From: Candidatus Omnitrophota bacterium
GTDB lineage: Bacteria > Omnitrophota > Gorgyraeia > Velamenicoccales > JABMQK01
Assembly (NCBI GenBank): GCA_028711115.1
Contig: JAQTSV010000001.1
Span: forward strand, 134,032 to 198,031
Direction of reading: 5' to 3'
DNA length: 64,000 nucleotides
Shown: in pieces, positions 18,065-25,960 of the stretch
Layout of the letters: every line of letters begins with the position of its first letter
Numbering within the stretch: position 1 is the stretch's first letter
Notes under the pieces: generated by a model
Told to the model about the DNA's origin: nothing
Database searches by the model: none
Seen by the model: the letters and a program-made list of their open reading frames with translations, nothing else
Translations under genes and position numbers: made by a program

Positions 18065-18092
18065 AAGCCCCTTAAAACAGGGGCTTGTTTTT
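18065..18092 (+). terminator. rho-independent terminator
   Basis: AAGCCCCT-TAAAAC-AGGGGCTT (8-bp stem) followed by GTTTTT. Confidence 0.75.
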
Positions 18093-18115
18093 ATGAACCG
18101 CTTAGCGGTTCATAA
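18091..18115. repeat. perfect 11-bp inverted repeat TTATGAACCGC-TTA-GCGGTTCATAA
   Basis: Read directly. Immediately follows and overlaps the terminator T-tract. Confidence 0.85.
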
Positions 18116-18126
18116 ACCCCACCGAG

Positions 18127-18159
18127 TGTTTAAAAATTGTCGAAGAGAATTTTTGAACA
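18127..18159 (+). repeat. 12-bp hairpin TGTTTAAAAATT-(9 nt)-AATTTTTGAACA
   Basis: Includes one T-G pair. Flanked by partially complementary CCCCACC (18117-18123) and GGCGGGG (18168-18174). Confidence 0.6.
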
Positions 18160-18264
18160 TCATACGAGGCGGGGTAAGTTCCCACCAACAAAATCCATTA
18201 CCAAACCCAAACTTTCTGCTATAATTATCTAAAGCTTACGATTTGTAAACAGTCAGGGGATTAG

Positions 18265-21200
18265 ATGACCATAGTACTTATTATATTGTTGGCCGGGTTT
18301 ATCGTTCTTATAGCCTATGCCTTATATGCTTTGGGTTTTCTGCAGGAGCCGGTAGATAAACTGATAGGTAAGGAGAAAAAGTCCGACAGCTCCGAGCAGG
18401 ATACCGCCGTATTGAATAAACAGGTCAGCTCTTTGAGAAGGGCGCTGGATAAACGAGAGGCAGAATATGCTACCTTAAAAAAAGAAACCGAAAGGGCGCA
18501 GCGCAACGAATTAGAGCTGCAGGAGCAATTGCTCAAGCAGAAAGAATGGACCAATGCCGATAAGGATAAATTGGAAAGAACTCTTGCCCAGAACGCAGAG
18601 CTGAAAAATGAATTTATCAAGAAAGAAACAGAGCTGAAGACAGAATTCTCCAAGGCCGTGAATTTAACCAAGGAGGTAAAAGACCTAAAGCAGAAAATAC
18701 AGGATTTCGAGGAGGATAAGAAAAATAAATTAAGCGAAATGATGGCCTTAAAGGCGCACATAGACATATATGAAAAAGGCAAAAAAGAACACTTAAAGAT
18801 TATCTCCGACTTTATGAAGAAAGAGGAGGAGAGCGAATTTATTTCCAAGGATATGTTCAGGAAGCTCCAGGATGATTACAATAAATTATTGAAAGAATAT
18901 ACGCAGGAATATGGCGCGCTGGAGAAGGAACTGGAGATAAAAGAAAGACAGCTGCAGCAATTATTATTAGCCAAGGTAACGGACAGGCAGGAGGCAGTAG
19001 CCGCGGCGCCAACACAAAATCCGCCGCCAGAAACACCGCCAATATCAACAGTGCCGCAGCCACCGCAAGAAAAACCCAGAGACATTCAGGAAGTTGCCCC
19101 AGCTCCGGCAAAGCCGCCAGTTGTGGAAGGATTGCCAGCGCAGCCACAGCCACCAACGCAAGAAGAAAAGCCGCAGCCAGCAGTTGCAGTGCCACAGGAA
19201 GAAATAAAACCAGGCGAACCTCAGGTTACAGAACCGCCGCAACAAGGGCAAGCTGAAGCAACACAACGCAAGGAAGAAATCCCTGCTCCCAAGTTTAATC
19301 TAGAGCAGTTAAGAAATATCGGAATTATGGCTCATATCGATGCCGGCAAGACCACGCTCACTGAAAGAATTTTATTTTACACCGGAAAATCACATAAAAT
19401 AGGCGAAGTCCACGACGGGACTGCCACTATGGACTGGATGGTGCAGGAACAGGAAAGAGGAATTACTATTACCTCCGCAGCTACCACCTGTTTATGGAAA
19501 GGCCACAGGATTAATGTAATCGATACGCCCGGCCACGTGGATTTTACCGTCGAGGTGGAGAGAAGCCTGCGCGTTTTAGACGGGGCAGTGGTTGTGTTTT
19601 GCGCTGTTGCCGGCGTGCAGGCGCAGTCCGAAACCGTATGGCGCCAGTCAGAAAAATATAATGTCCCCAAATTAGTATTCGTAAATAAAATGGACCGCAC
19701 CGGCGCTGATTTTTTTGCCGTGGTAAAGAGTATTGAAGAGGAACTTCAGTCAAATCCCATTATGGTGCAGATTCCTGTGGGCGCGGAACAGGATTTTGCT
19801 GGCGTAATCGACCTTCTGGAGATGAAGGCCTATGGATTTGACGAGGAGACTTTCGGCCAGGATGTTGTGGCCTGCGAAATCCCCGATGAATATAAAGAAG
19901 CCGCCAAAAAATACCGCCACCTTATGATAGAAAAAATTGCCGCATGCAATGATGCGCTGATGGAAAAATACCTTAAATCCGAGGATTCCATAACCAAGGA
20001 TGAATTGGTGGTTGTTTTGCGCAGTGCCACAATTGCCAACAGGGCTGTGCCTGTTTTGTGCGGCACGGCTTTGCGGAATAAAGGAGTGCAGCTTCTGCTC
20101 GACGCTGTGACTATGTATCTGCCTTCACCACTTGAGCTTCCTCCTGCCAAAGGAAATTCACCTGATGCGCCGGAGACAATTCTGGAAAGAAAGGCATCTA
20201 TTCAGGAGCCGTTTTCTGCTCTGGCATTCAAGGTGCAGACAGACCCGCATATGGGAAAACTCATTTATTTTAGGGTTTATTCGGGATTTCTCAGCGCAGG
20301 TTCTTATGTATTGAATTCCACCAAGAATAAAAAAGAAAGAGTGGCCAGGCTTTTTCAGATGCACGCCAATCAGAGAGAAAATATAGATGACGTCTTTACC
20401 GGAGATATCGCAGCCACAGTAGGGCTTAACTATACCATAACAGGCGATACTTTATGTGACGAAGATAATCCTGTTATTCTGGAGGCGATGCATTTTCCTA
20501 CGCCGGTGGTGTCTCTTAGCATAAAACCGGTAAGCCGCACAGACCAGGATAAATTAGGCAGGTCATTGGCGAAATTATCGGAAGAAGATCCTACCTTTAT
20601 TGCGCAGACAGACAGAGAAACAGAAGAAACGCTTTTAACCGGTATGGGCGAACTGCATTTAGAAATTATCGTGGACAGATTAAAGCGCGAGTTTGGCGTA
20701 AATGCCGAAGTAGGCCGGCCAAAAGTGGCTTACAGAGAAACCATCACGCAATCCGTAACCGAAGAGAGTAAATACATAAGGCAATCCGGCGGCAGAGGCC
20801 AGTATGGCCATGTAGTTTTTGAAATATCTCCGGCGGAATCCGGCAAGGGCCTGGATTTTGAAGACAGCATTAAAGGCGGCGCGATTCCCAAAAATTACAT
20901 TCCCTCCATAGAAAAAGGCGTGCGCGAAGCCATGCAGGACGGTATTTATGCGGGCTATCCTGTGGTGGACGTAAAAGTGAATCTGATAGACGGTTCCTTT
21001 CACGAGGTGGATTCTTCGGATATTGCCTTTCAGATTGCCGCCAGAGGCGGTTTCAAAAGCGGTTTTATGAAGTGCACGCCGATATTGCTTGAGCCATATA
21101 TGAAGCTTGAGGTTATTACGCCCGAGGAATATGTAAGTAACATTACTGCGCATATTTGTTCTCACCGGGGAAAAATTCAGGGCATGGAGACCAAAGGCAA

Positions 21201-21393
21201 ACAGAAAGTTGTCCTTGCGCAGGTGCCCCTTGCGGAGATGTTCGGTTCCACCACGGCATTCCGCTCATTAACCAGCGGCAGGGCAAGTTCATCCATGGAG
21301 TTTGAAAAGTATGCGCCGGTGCCTGCGGAAATCGCCAAAAAAATTATAGAAGAAAATAAAAAATCAGAAGAGAATAAGGGCAATAAGGAATAA
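18265..21393 (+). CDS. fusA: elongation factor G with a ~340-aa N-terminal extension (TM helix, coiled coil, Pro/Gln-rich linker)
   Basis: Residues ~343-1042 are canonical EF-G ([21 protein letters not shown], domains II-V including [10 protein letters not shown]). Residues 1-26 are hydrophobic ([26 protein letters not shown]), ~45-235 are K/E/L/Q heptad-like, and ~245-340 are P/Q/E-rich. SD-like AGGGGA lies before the ATG. Confidence 0.85.
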   Translation: MTIVLIILLAGFIVLIAYALYALGFLQEPVDKLIGKEKKSDSSEQDTAVLNKQVSSLRRALDKREAEYATLKKETERAQRNELELQEQLLKQKEWTNADKDKLERTLAQNAELKNEFIKKETELKTEFSKAVNLTKEVKDLKQKIQDFEEDKKNKLSEMMALKAHIDIYEKGKKEHLKIISDFMKKEEESEFISKDMFRKLQDDYNKLLKEYTQEYGALEKELEIKERQLQQLLLAKVTDRQEAVAAAPTQNPPPETPPISTVPQPPQEKPRDIQEVAPAPAKPPVVEGLPAQPQPPTQEEKPQPAVAVPQEEIKPGEPQVTEPPQQGQAEATQRKEEIPAPKFNLEQLRNIGIMAHIDAGKTTLTERILFYTGKSHKIGEVHDGTATMDWMVQEQERGITITSAATTCLWKGHRINVIDTPGHVDFTVEVERSLRVLDGAVVVFCAVAGVQAQSETVWRQSEKYNVPKLVFVNKMDRTGADFFAVVKSIEEELQSNPIMVQIPVGAEQDFAGVIDLLEMKAYGFDEETFGQDVVACEIPDEYKEAAKKYRHLMIEKIAACNDALMEKYLKSEDSITKDELVVVLRSATIANRAVPVLCGTALRNKGVQLLLDAVTMYLPSPLELPPAKGNSPDAPETILERKASIQEPFSALAFKVQTDPHMGKLIYFRVYSGFLSAGSYVLNSTKNKKERVARLFQMHANQRENIDDVFTGDIAATVGLNYTITGDTLCDEDNPVILEAMHFPTPVVSLSIKPVSRTDQDKLGRSLAKLSEEDPTFIAQTDRETEETLLTGMGELHLEIIVDRLKREFGVNAEVGRPKVAYRETITQSVTEESKYIRQSGGRGQYGHVVFEISPAESGKGLDFEDSIKGGAIPKNYIPSIEKGVREAMQDGIYAGYPVVDVKVNLIDGSFHEVDSSDIAFQIAARGGFKSGFMKCTPILLEPYMKLEVITPEEYVSNITAHICSHRGKIQGMETKGKQKVVLAQVPLAEMFGSTTAFRSLTSGRASSSMEFEKYAPVPAEIAKKIIEENKKSEENKGNKE

Positions 21394-21454
21394 ATATCTG
21401 CCATAAAACTTTTTAGCGTTGCGCGACCTATCTGTCGCATTGTCTTTATATATA

Positions 21455-21463
21455 TGGTATAAT
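21455..21463 (+). promoter_or_regulatory. extended -10 promoter element (TGgTATAAT)
   Basis: TG at 21455-21456 and TATAAT at 21458-21463, about 35 nt upstream of the 21499 start. No convincing -35 element. Confidence 0.35.
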
Positions 21464-21498
21464 TATTTCCACGCAATTAACATAAGGAGCGAATTAAA

Positions 21499-21819
21499 AT
21501 GGTGACCATAGGCGAATTTAGAAACATCGAAATAAGAATTGCTACCATAAAAGAGGTAAACGACCATCCCAACGCAGACAAGTTATACCTGGTTAAGGTA
21601 GACCTCGGGGATAAACAGAAGGAATTAGTGGCCGGCATAAAACCTTATTATGCAAAAGAGAGCTTAATAGGCAAACAGGTGGTTGTAGTGGACAACTTGG
21701 AGCCGGCAGTGATCCGCGGCGTGGAAAGCCAGGGTATGTTACTGGCTGCGCAGGATGAATCCGGGATTGTTATTTTATCTCCGGAGCGAAATATAAAGGA
21801 GGGTAGCCGGGTAAAATGA
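21499..21819 (+). CDS. tRNA-binding domain protein (CsaA/Trbp111/EMAP-II-like OB fold)
   Basis: IRIATIKEVNDHPNADKLYLVKVDLG...VVVVDNLEPAVIRGVESQGMLLAA is typical of the MetRS C-terminal-like tRNA-binding domain. Confidence 0.8.
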   Translation: MVTIGEFRNIEIRIATIKEVNDHPNADKLYLVKVDLGDKQKELVAGIKPYYAKESLIGKQVVVVDNLEPAVIRGVESQGMLLAAQDESGIVILSPERNIKEGSRVK

Positions 21820-22241
21820 AAACCATAACCAAATTTATTGATGTTTCCACCAAAGGAAACAACGACATTATCGATATCACCTACGAAGTAAAAGAAAAAT
21901 TACGCGAATCAAAACTGGAAGAGGGCAGTGTGCTTTTGTTTATAACCGGCTCTACTGCCGCGCTCACTACCATGGAATATGAGCCGGGCCAGATTCAGGA
22001 TTTGAAAGAAGTCGTCGATAAATTAATACCCCACAATAAAACATACGCCCATAATCATTCAATGTCCGGCTCCGACGGTAATGCGCATTCGCACCTCAGG
22101 GCTTCTTTATTCAAGGCAGACCTGACTATCCCTTTTGTGGACTCCGAACTTTTATTGGGCACATGGCAGCAGATCGTCCTTATTGATTTCGATATTTATC
22201 CGCGCCAGAGAAAGATAGCGGTGCAATTTACAGGCGAATAG
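21816..22241 (+). CDS. YjbQ/UPF0047 family protein (secondary thiamine-phosphate synthase-like)
   Basis: Family pattern NNDIIDIT...GSVLLFITGSTAALTTMEYEPG...NAHSHLRASL...GTWQQIVLIDFD. Confidence 0.8.
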   Translation: MKTITKFIDVSTKGNNDIIDITYEVKEKLRESKLEEGSVLLFITGSTAALTTMEYEPGQIQDLKEVVDKLIPHNKTYAHNHSMSGSDGNAHSHLRASLFKADLTIPFVDSELLLGTWQQIVLIDFDIYPRQRKIAVQFTGE

Positions 22242-22781
22242 ATGCTGTTCAAGCAATTAGTTCCGCAAGATTTTTGTTTAAGCTGCGATGTTTGTTGCCG
22301 CTTCACAGAACCCCAGACCATATGGGCACCGTTATTTACCAAAGAAGAAATTGAGTATCTGGTAGAAAAAGACATCCTTCCGCCTTTGGTATTTACAGGC
22401 CATCCGGAAAATCAGACAAAAAAAGACAAAAATAAAATAAGCAGTGCGCAGAGGATTAATTTAGTAAACTACAAAGATTATTTTATCTGTCCCTGTTTTG
22501 ATGTTTTTGATTCCCATTGCAAAATATATGCCGAAAGGCCTTTTGAATGCCAATTGTATCCGTTTTTATTAGTGCGTAAAAGCAATAAGTTCTATCTGGC
22601 AATGGATAAAAAATGTCCTTATTTAAATAAGGTTCAAAAGAATCAATTAAAAACTTATACGGATTATTTAAGAAAAGAATTTGCCAAGAAAAAGGTTTTG
22701 TCATTTTTAAGGCAGAATCAAGAGTTGTTTTGCGAATATCCTTCCGGTGATTTAGAATTATTATTTTCCTTAGATATTTAA
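22242..22781 (+). CDS. YkgJ-family cysteine-cluster protein (UPF0153)
   Basis: CLSCDVCCRF (CxxCxxCC) near the N-terminus plus a later C..C pair. Confidence 0.65.
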   Translation: MLFKQLVPQDFCLSCDVCCRFTEPQTIWAPLFTKEEIEYLVEKDILPPLVFTGHPENQTKKDKNKISSAQRINLVNYKDYFICPCFDVFDSHCKIYAERPFECQLYPFLLVRKSNKFYLAMDKKCPYLNKVQKNQLKTYTDYLRKEFAKKKVLSFLRQNQELFCEYPSGDLELLFSLDI

Positions 22782-23675
22782 ATGATGCAGTTTGAACGCC
22801 TTAGTTTAAATGATAAGTTAATCTTTGAGAGATTTTTGTCCCAGAGAAAACATTCTTTGTCAGCCTATGCATTTACGAATATTTTTATTTGGAGAAGTAT
22901 CTACGATATATTCTGGGCCAAAATCAATAAAAGCCTGTGTGTATTTTTTAAAGACAGGGTAGGCTGTTTCTTATATCTGCCGCCTTTGGCCAAAGAACTA
23001 GATTTAAAAGCCGTGAATAAATGTTTTAAAATTATGAACGGTTTTAACAAAAATCCCGTTATTTCCCGCATAGAAAACGTAGAAACCAAAGACACAGGTT
23101 TTTACAAAAATTCAGGATATGAAGTGGTCTTGGGAAGTTACGATTACGTCTGCAAAAAAGACAGCCTTGTGAATTTACAGGGTAACAGTTTTAAAAGCAA
23201 GCGCTGCGCAGTGAATTATTTCGTCGATAACTATAGTTTTAAATACCGGCTATACCAGGAAAAAGACAAAAAGGAATGCCTGGATTTATACTCATTATGG
23301 ATGAAAGAGCGCAAAGAAAAAAATAAAGATAGAATTTATGAGAAGTTACTTGATGATAATTTTTCTGTGTTTAAAGCAACCCTGGATTATTATAACAAGC
23401 TGAATTTTATCGGCAGGATTATAAAGATAAACAACGATATTAAAGCAGTAACCCTTGGCTATCGTCTGAACAAGAACACCTTTGTAGTTTTATTTGAAGT
23501 CTGCGATTTAAATTTTAAAGGCATCGCTCAATATATTTTCCGGGAATTTTGCAGCGAATTAAACTATAAAGATATAAATATTATGGACGATTCAGGGCTA
23601 GACAATCTAAAACGGGTTAAATTGTCATACCGCCCATATAAAAGAGCGGAAAACTTCGTTGTGCGCAATGAATAA
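22782..23675 (+). CDS. DUF2156 domain protein (LPG-synthase C-terminal-like, GNAT-fold)
   Basis: Size and N-terminal pattern (LSAYAFTNIFIWRSIYDIFW) resemble DUF2156 proteins. Recognised from memory only. Confidence 0.5.
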   Translation: MMQFERLSLNDKLIFERFLSQRKHSLSAYAFTNIFIWRSIYDIFWAKINKSLCVFFKDRVGCFLYLPPLAKELDLKAVNKCFKIMNGFNKNPVISRIENVETKDTGFYKNSGYEVVLGSYDYVCKKDSLVNLQGNSFKSKRCAVNYFVDNYSFKYRLYQEKDKKECLDLYSLWMKERKEKNKDRIYEKLLDDNFSVFKATLDYYNKLNFIGRIIKINNDIKAVTLGYRLNKNTFVVLFEVCDLNFKGIAQYIFREFCSELNYKDINIMDDSGLDNLKRVKLSYRPYKRAENFVVRNE

Positions 23676-25113
23676 TTCAGCTTATATTTACAAAAAATTA
23701 AACTTTACGACACATCGTTTGCTAAGGTTATTAGAAAAAAGCAAGACAGGATTTTTGCTGGAGAGTAACTTAGATAACGCCAATTTGGGGCGTTATTCTT
23801 TTTTTGGCATTGAACCTTTTCTTACCATTCAATGTAAAGACGGTATTGTTACCAAAACACAGGAAAACCGCAAGCAGAGTTTTAAAGGCAATATTTTTAT
23901 TGAAATGCGTTCGCTTTTAAACAAATACCGCTTGAATTCTAACGGCAAGAAAATTAATTTTCCTTTTTTGGCCGGGGCTGTGGGATTTTTATCTTACGAT
24001 TTAGGATTTTACTTAGAAAAGATTCAGAGAAAAAATATTGATGACTTGGGAATACCCGATCTGTGGTTTGCCTTTTTTGATATTATTATAGCCATAGACC
24101 ACTACAGAGATAATTTATTAATTTTTTCTACGGGATTTCCCGAGACAAGCGCTTCTTCAAGAAGAAAGCGGGCAAATTCGCGCTTAAAAGACATTTTATA
24201 CAAATTGAACGATGCCGACGAGATTGACAAAATTTCTTTGGGACGCACGCCTTGCAGAAATGGCGGATTGGAATCAAATCTCAGCCACAGGAATTATCTT
24301 AAAACAGTAAATAAATCCCTGGATTATATTACCAAAGGAGACATCTATCAGATCAATCTTTCACAGCGCTTTCATACAAATACGGATTTATCCGACGCAG
24401 AACTTTATGCAAATTTAAAAGATGTCTTTCCCGTGCCTTTCGGGGGGATTTTGAAGACAGGAGATTTCAGCATTATCTCCGGCTCTCCGGAAAGATTCCT
24501 TAAATATGACGGCCGTTTTCTCGTCACGCGGCCGATGAAGGGTACGAGGCCGCGTTCGCAGAATAGAATTTTGGACAGGCAATTTAAGGCAGAACTGGAG
24601 AGGAGCCATAAAGATAAGGCAGAGCTGCTTATGATTGTGGATTTGGAGAGGAATGATTTAGGCAGGGTCTGTGATTACGGTTCTGTAAAGGTTGAGGCCT
24701 TAAGAAATTTTGAGGAATATTCCACGGTATTTCAGACCACTTCTCAAATTAGAGGCAGGCTCTATCCGGAAATGGACAGAATCGATATAATCAAGGCCTG
24801 TTTCCCCGGTGGCTCTATTACGGGATGTCCCAAAATCAGGGCGATGCAGATTATCGAGGAGCTCGAGCCGAACCGGCGGGGAATTTATACCGGCAGCCTC
24901 GGCTATTTCAGTTTTAATGGCAATATGGATTTTAATATTTTAATCCGCAGCTTCCTGAAAAAGAATAGCGATGTGTATTTTGGCGTCGGTGGAGGCATAG
25001 TTTATGATTCCCAGCCGGAGGCAGAATACCAGGAGACACTGGTCAAGGCAGAGGCTTTGAAAAAGGCCCTGAAAGGATCTTATAATGAAGCCATATGTAT
25101 GGCTGGACAATAA
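23668..25113 (+). CDS. pabB: aminodeoxychorismate synthase component I
   Basis: Chorismate-binding motifs SGSPERFL, RPMKGT, DLERNDLGRVC, PGGSITGCPKIRAMQIIEELE, RGIYTGSLGY. Adjacent to pabC. ATG 23668 is preferred over the TTG at 23659. Confidence 0.85.
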   Translation: MNNSAYIYKKLNFTTHRLLRLLEKSKTGFLLESNLDNANLGRYSFFGIEPFLTIQCKDGIVTKTQENRKQSFKGNIFIEMRSLLNKYRLNSNGKKINFPFLAGAVGFLSYDLGFYLEKIQRKNIDDLGIPDLWFAFFDIIIAIDHYRDNLLIFSTGFPETSASSRRKRANSRLKDILYKLNDADEIDKISLGRTPCRNGGLESNLSHRNYLKTVNKSLDYITKGDIYQINLSQRFHTNTDLSDAELYANLKDVFPVPFGGILKTGDFSIISGSPERFLKYDGRFLVTRPMKGTRPRSQNRILDRQFKAELERSHKDKAELLMIVDLERNDLGRVCDYGSVKVEALRNFEEYSTVFQTTSQIRGRLYPEMDRIDIIKACFPGGSITGCPKIRAMQIIEELEPNRRGIYTGSLGYFSFNGNMDFNILIRSFLKKNSDVYFGVGGGIVYDSQPEAEYQETLVKAEALKKALKGSYNEAICMAGQ

Positions 25114-25918
25114 AATAATATCATTCAAAGACATAGATATCCCATTTTGCGACGAGGGATTCTTATACGGCCAGGGATTATTCGAGACCATGCGCAGTTA
25201 CGACGGCCAGGTATTTTTATTAGACCGGCATATAAGGCGGCTGATTAATAGTTGCAAGATAATGGATATCGCGGCGCCAGATAAAAATTTGTTAAAGAAA
25301 GCGGTTTTAAATACTGCAAAGAAAAACAAATTGGATTGCGCATATATCCGTCTGAATGTTTGGAAAAAGAATAAAAAAACAGGCATCTTTGTATTTACCA
25401 AAGATATGGATTTCTATTCCCGTAAAGATTATGCGCACGGATTTTCCGCAGTTATTTTTAAAGATATAAGACAGAATGAATATTCTCCCCTGGTTAAGGT
25501 AAAATCCTTAAATCACTACTTTTATATTTTGCTGACCAAAATGGCCAAGGCCAAAAATGCCGACGAGGCCATAATCTTGAATGACAAAGGTGGCGTATGC
25601 GAAGGCTCGCGCAGCAATATCTTCATTATAAAAAAAGGGATAATATCTACGCCTGCCATTAATTCCGGTTGTCTGCCTGGCATAACACGCGAAATTATAA
25701 TGGAAATAGCCAAGCAGCTCTCCTGGGATTTAAGGGAGACAGAGATTAAGCCGGAGGATTTATTTGCAAGCGATGAGGCATTCTTGACCAATTCTTTAAT
25801 AGAAGTAATGCCTTTGACAAAAATCAATGCTAAAATTATCGGAGATGGTACAATAGGTAGAAAGACGCAGCTAATTTTAGATTGCTATCGCAAACTGATT
25901 CGAGAATGTTATAAATAA
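25085..25918 (+). CDS. pabC: aminodeoxychorismate lyase / class IV aminotransferase
   Basis: Fold-type IV pattern (GFLYGQGLFETMR, EGSRSNIF, PGITR) and an overlap with the pabB stop. Confidence 0.75.
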   Translation: MKPYVWLDNKIISFKDIDIPFCDEGFLYGQGLFETMRSYDGQVFLLDRHIRRLINSCKIMDIAAPDKNLLKKAVLNTAKKNKLDCAYIRLNVWKKNKKTGIFVFTKDMDFYSRKDYAHGFSAVIFKDIRQNEYSPLVKVKSLNHYFYILLTKMAKAKNADEAIILNDKGGVCEGSRSNIFIIKKGIISTPAINSGCLPGITREIIMEIAKQLSWDLRETEIKPEDLFASDEAFLTNSLIEVMPLTKINAKIIGDGTIGRKTQLILDCYRKLIRECYK

Positions 25919-25960
25919 TTATTCTTGAGTATATACGAAAAACGTGTTACAAATTTGATT

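Noticed and set aside
18315-19266. Several long antisense or alternate-frame ORFs overlapping the EF-G N-terminal extension (18315..18848-, 18857..19195-, 18876..19085-, 19045..19266-)
   Set aside because: These are shadow ORFs produced by low-complexity K/E- and P/Q-rich coding sequence. Their translations are Ser/Cys/Leu/Ala-rich with no SD. The plus-strand ORF continues into an unmistakable EF-G.
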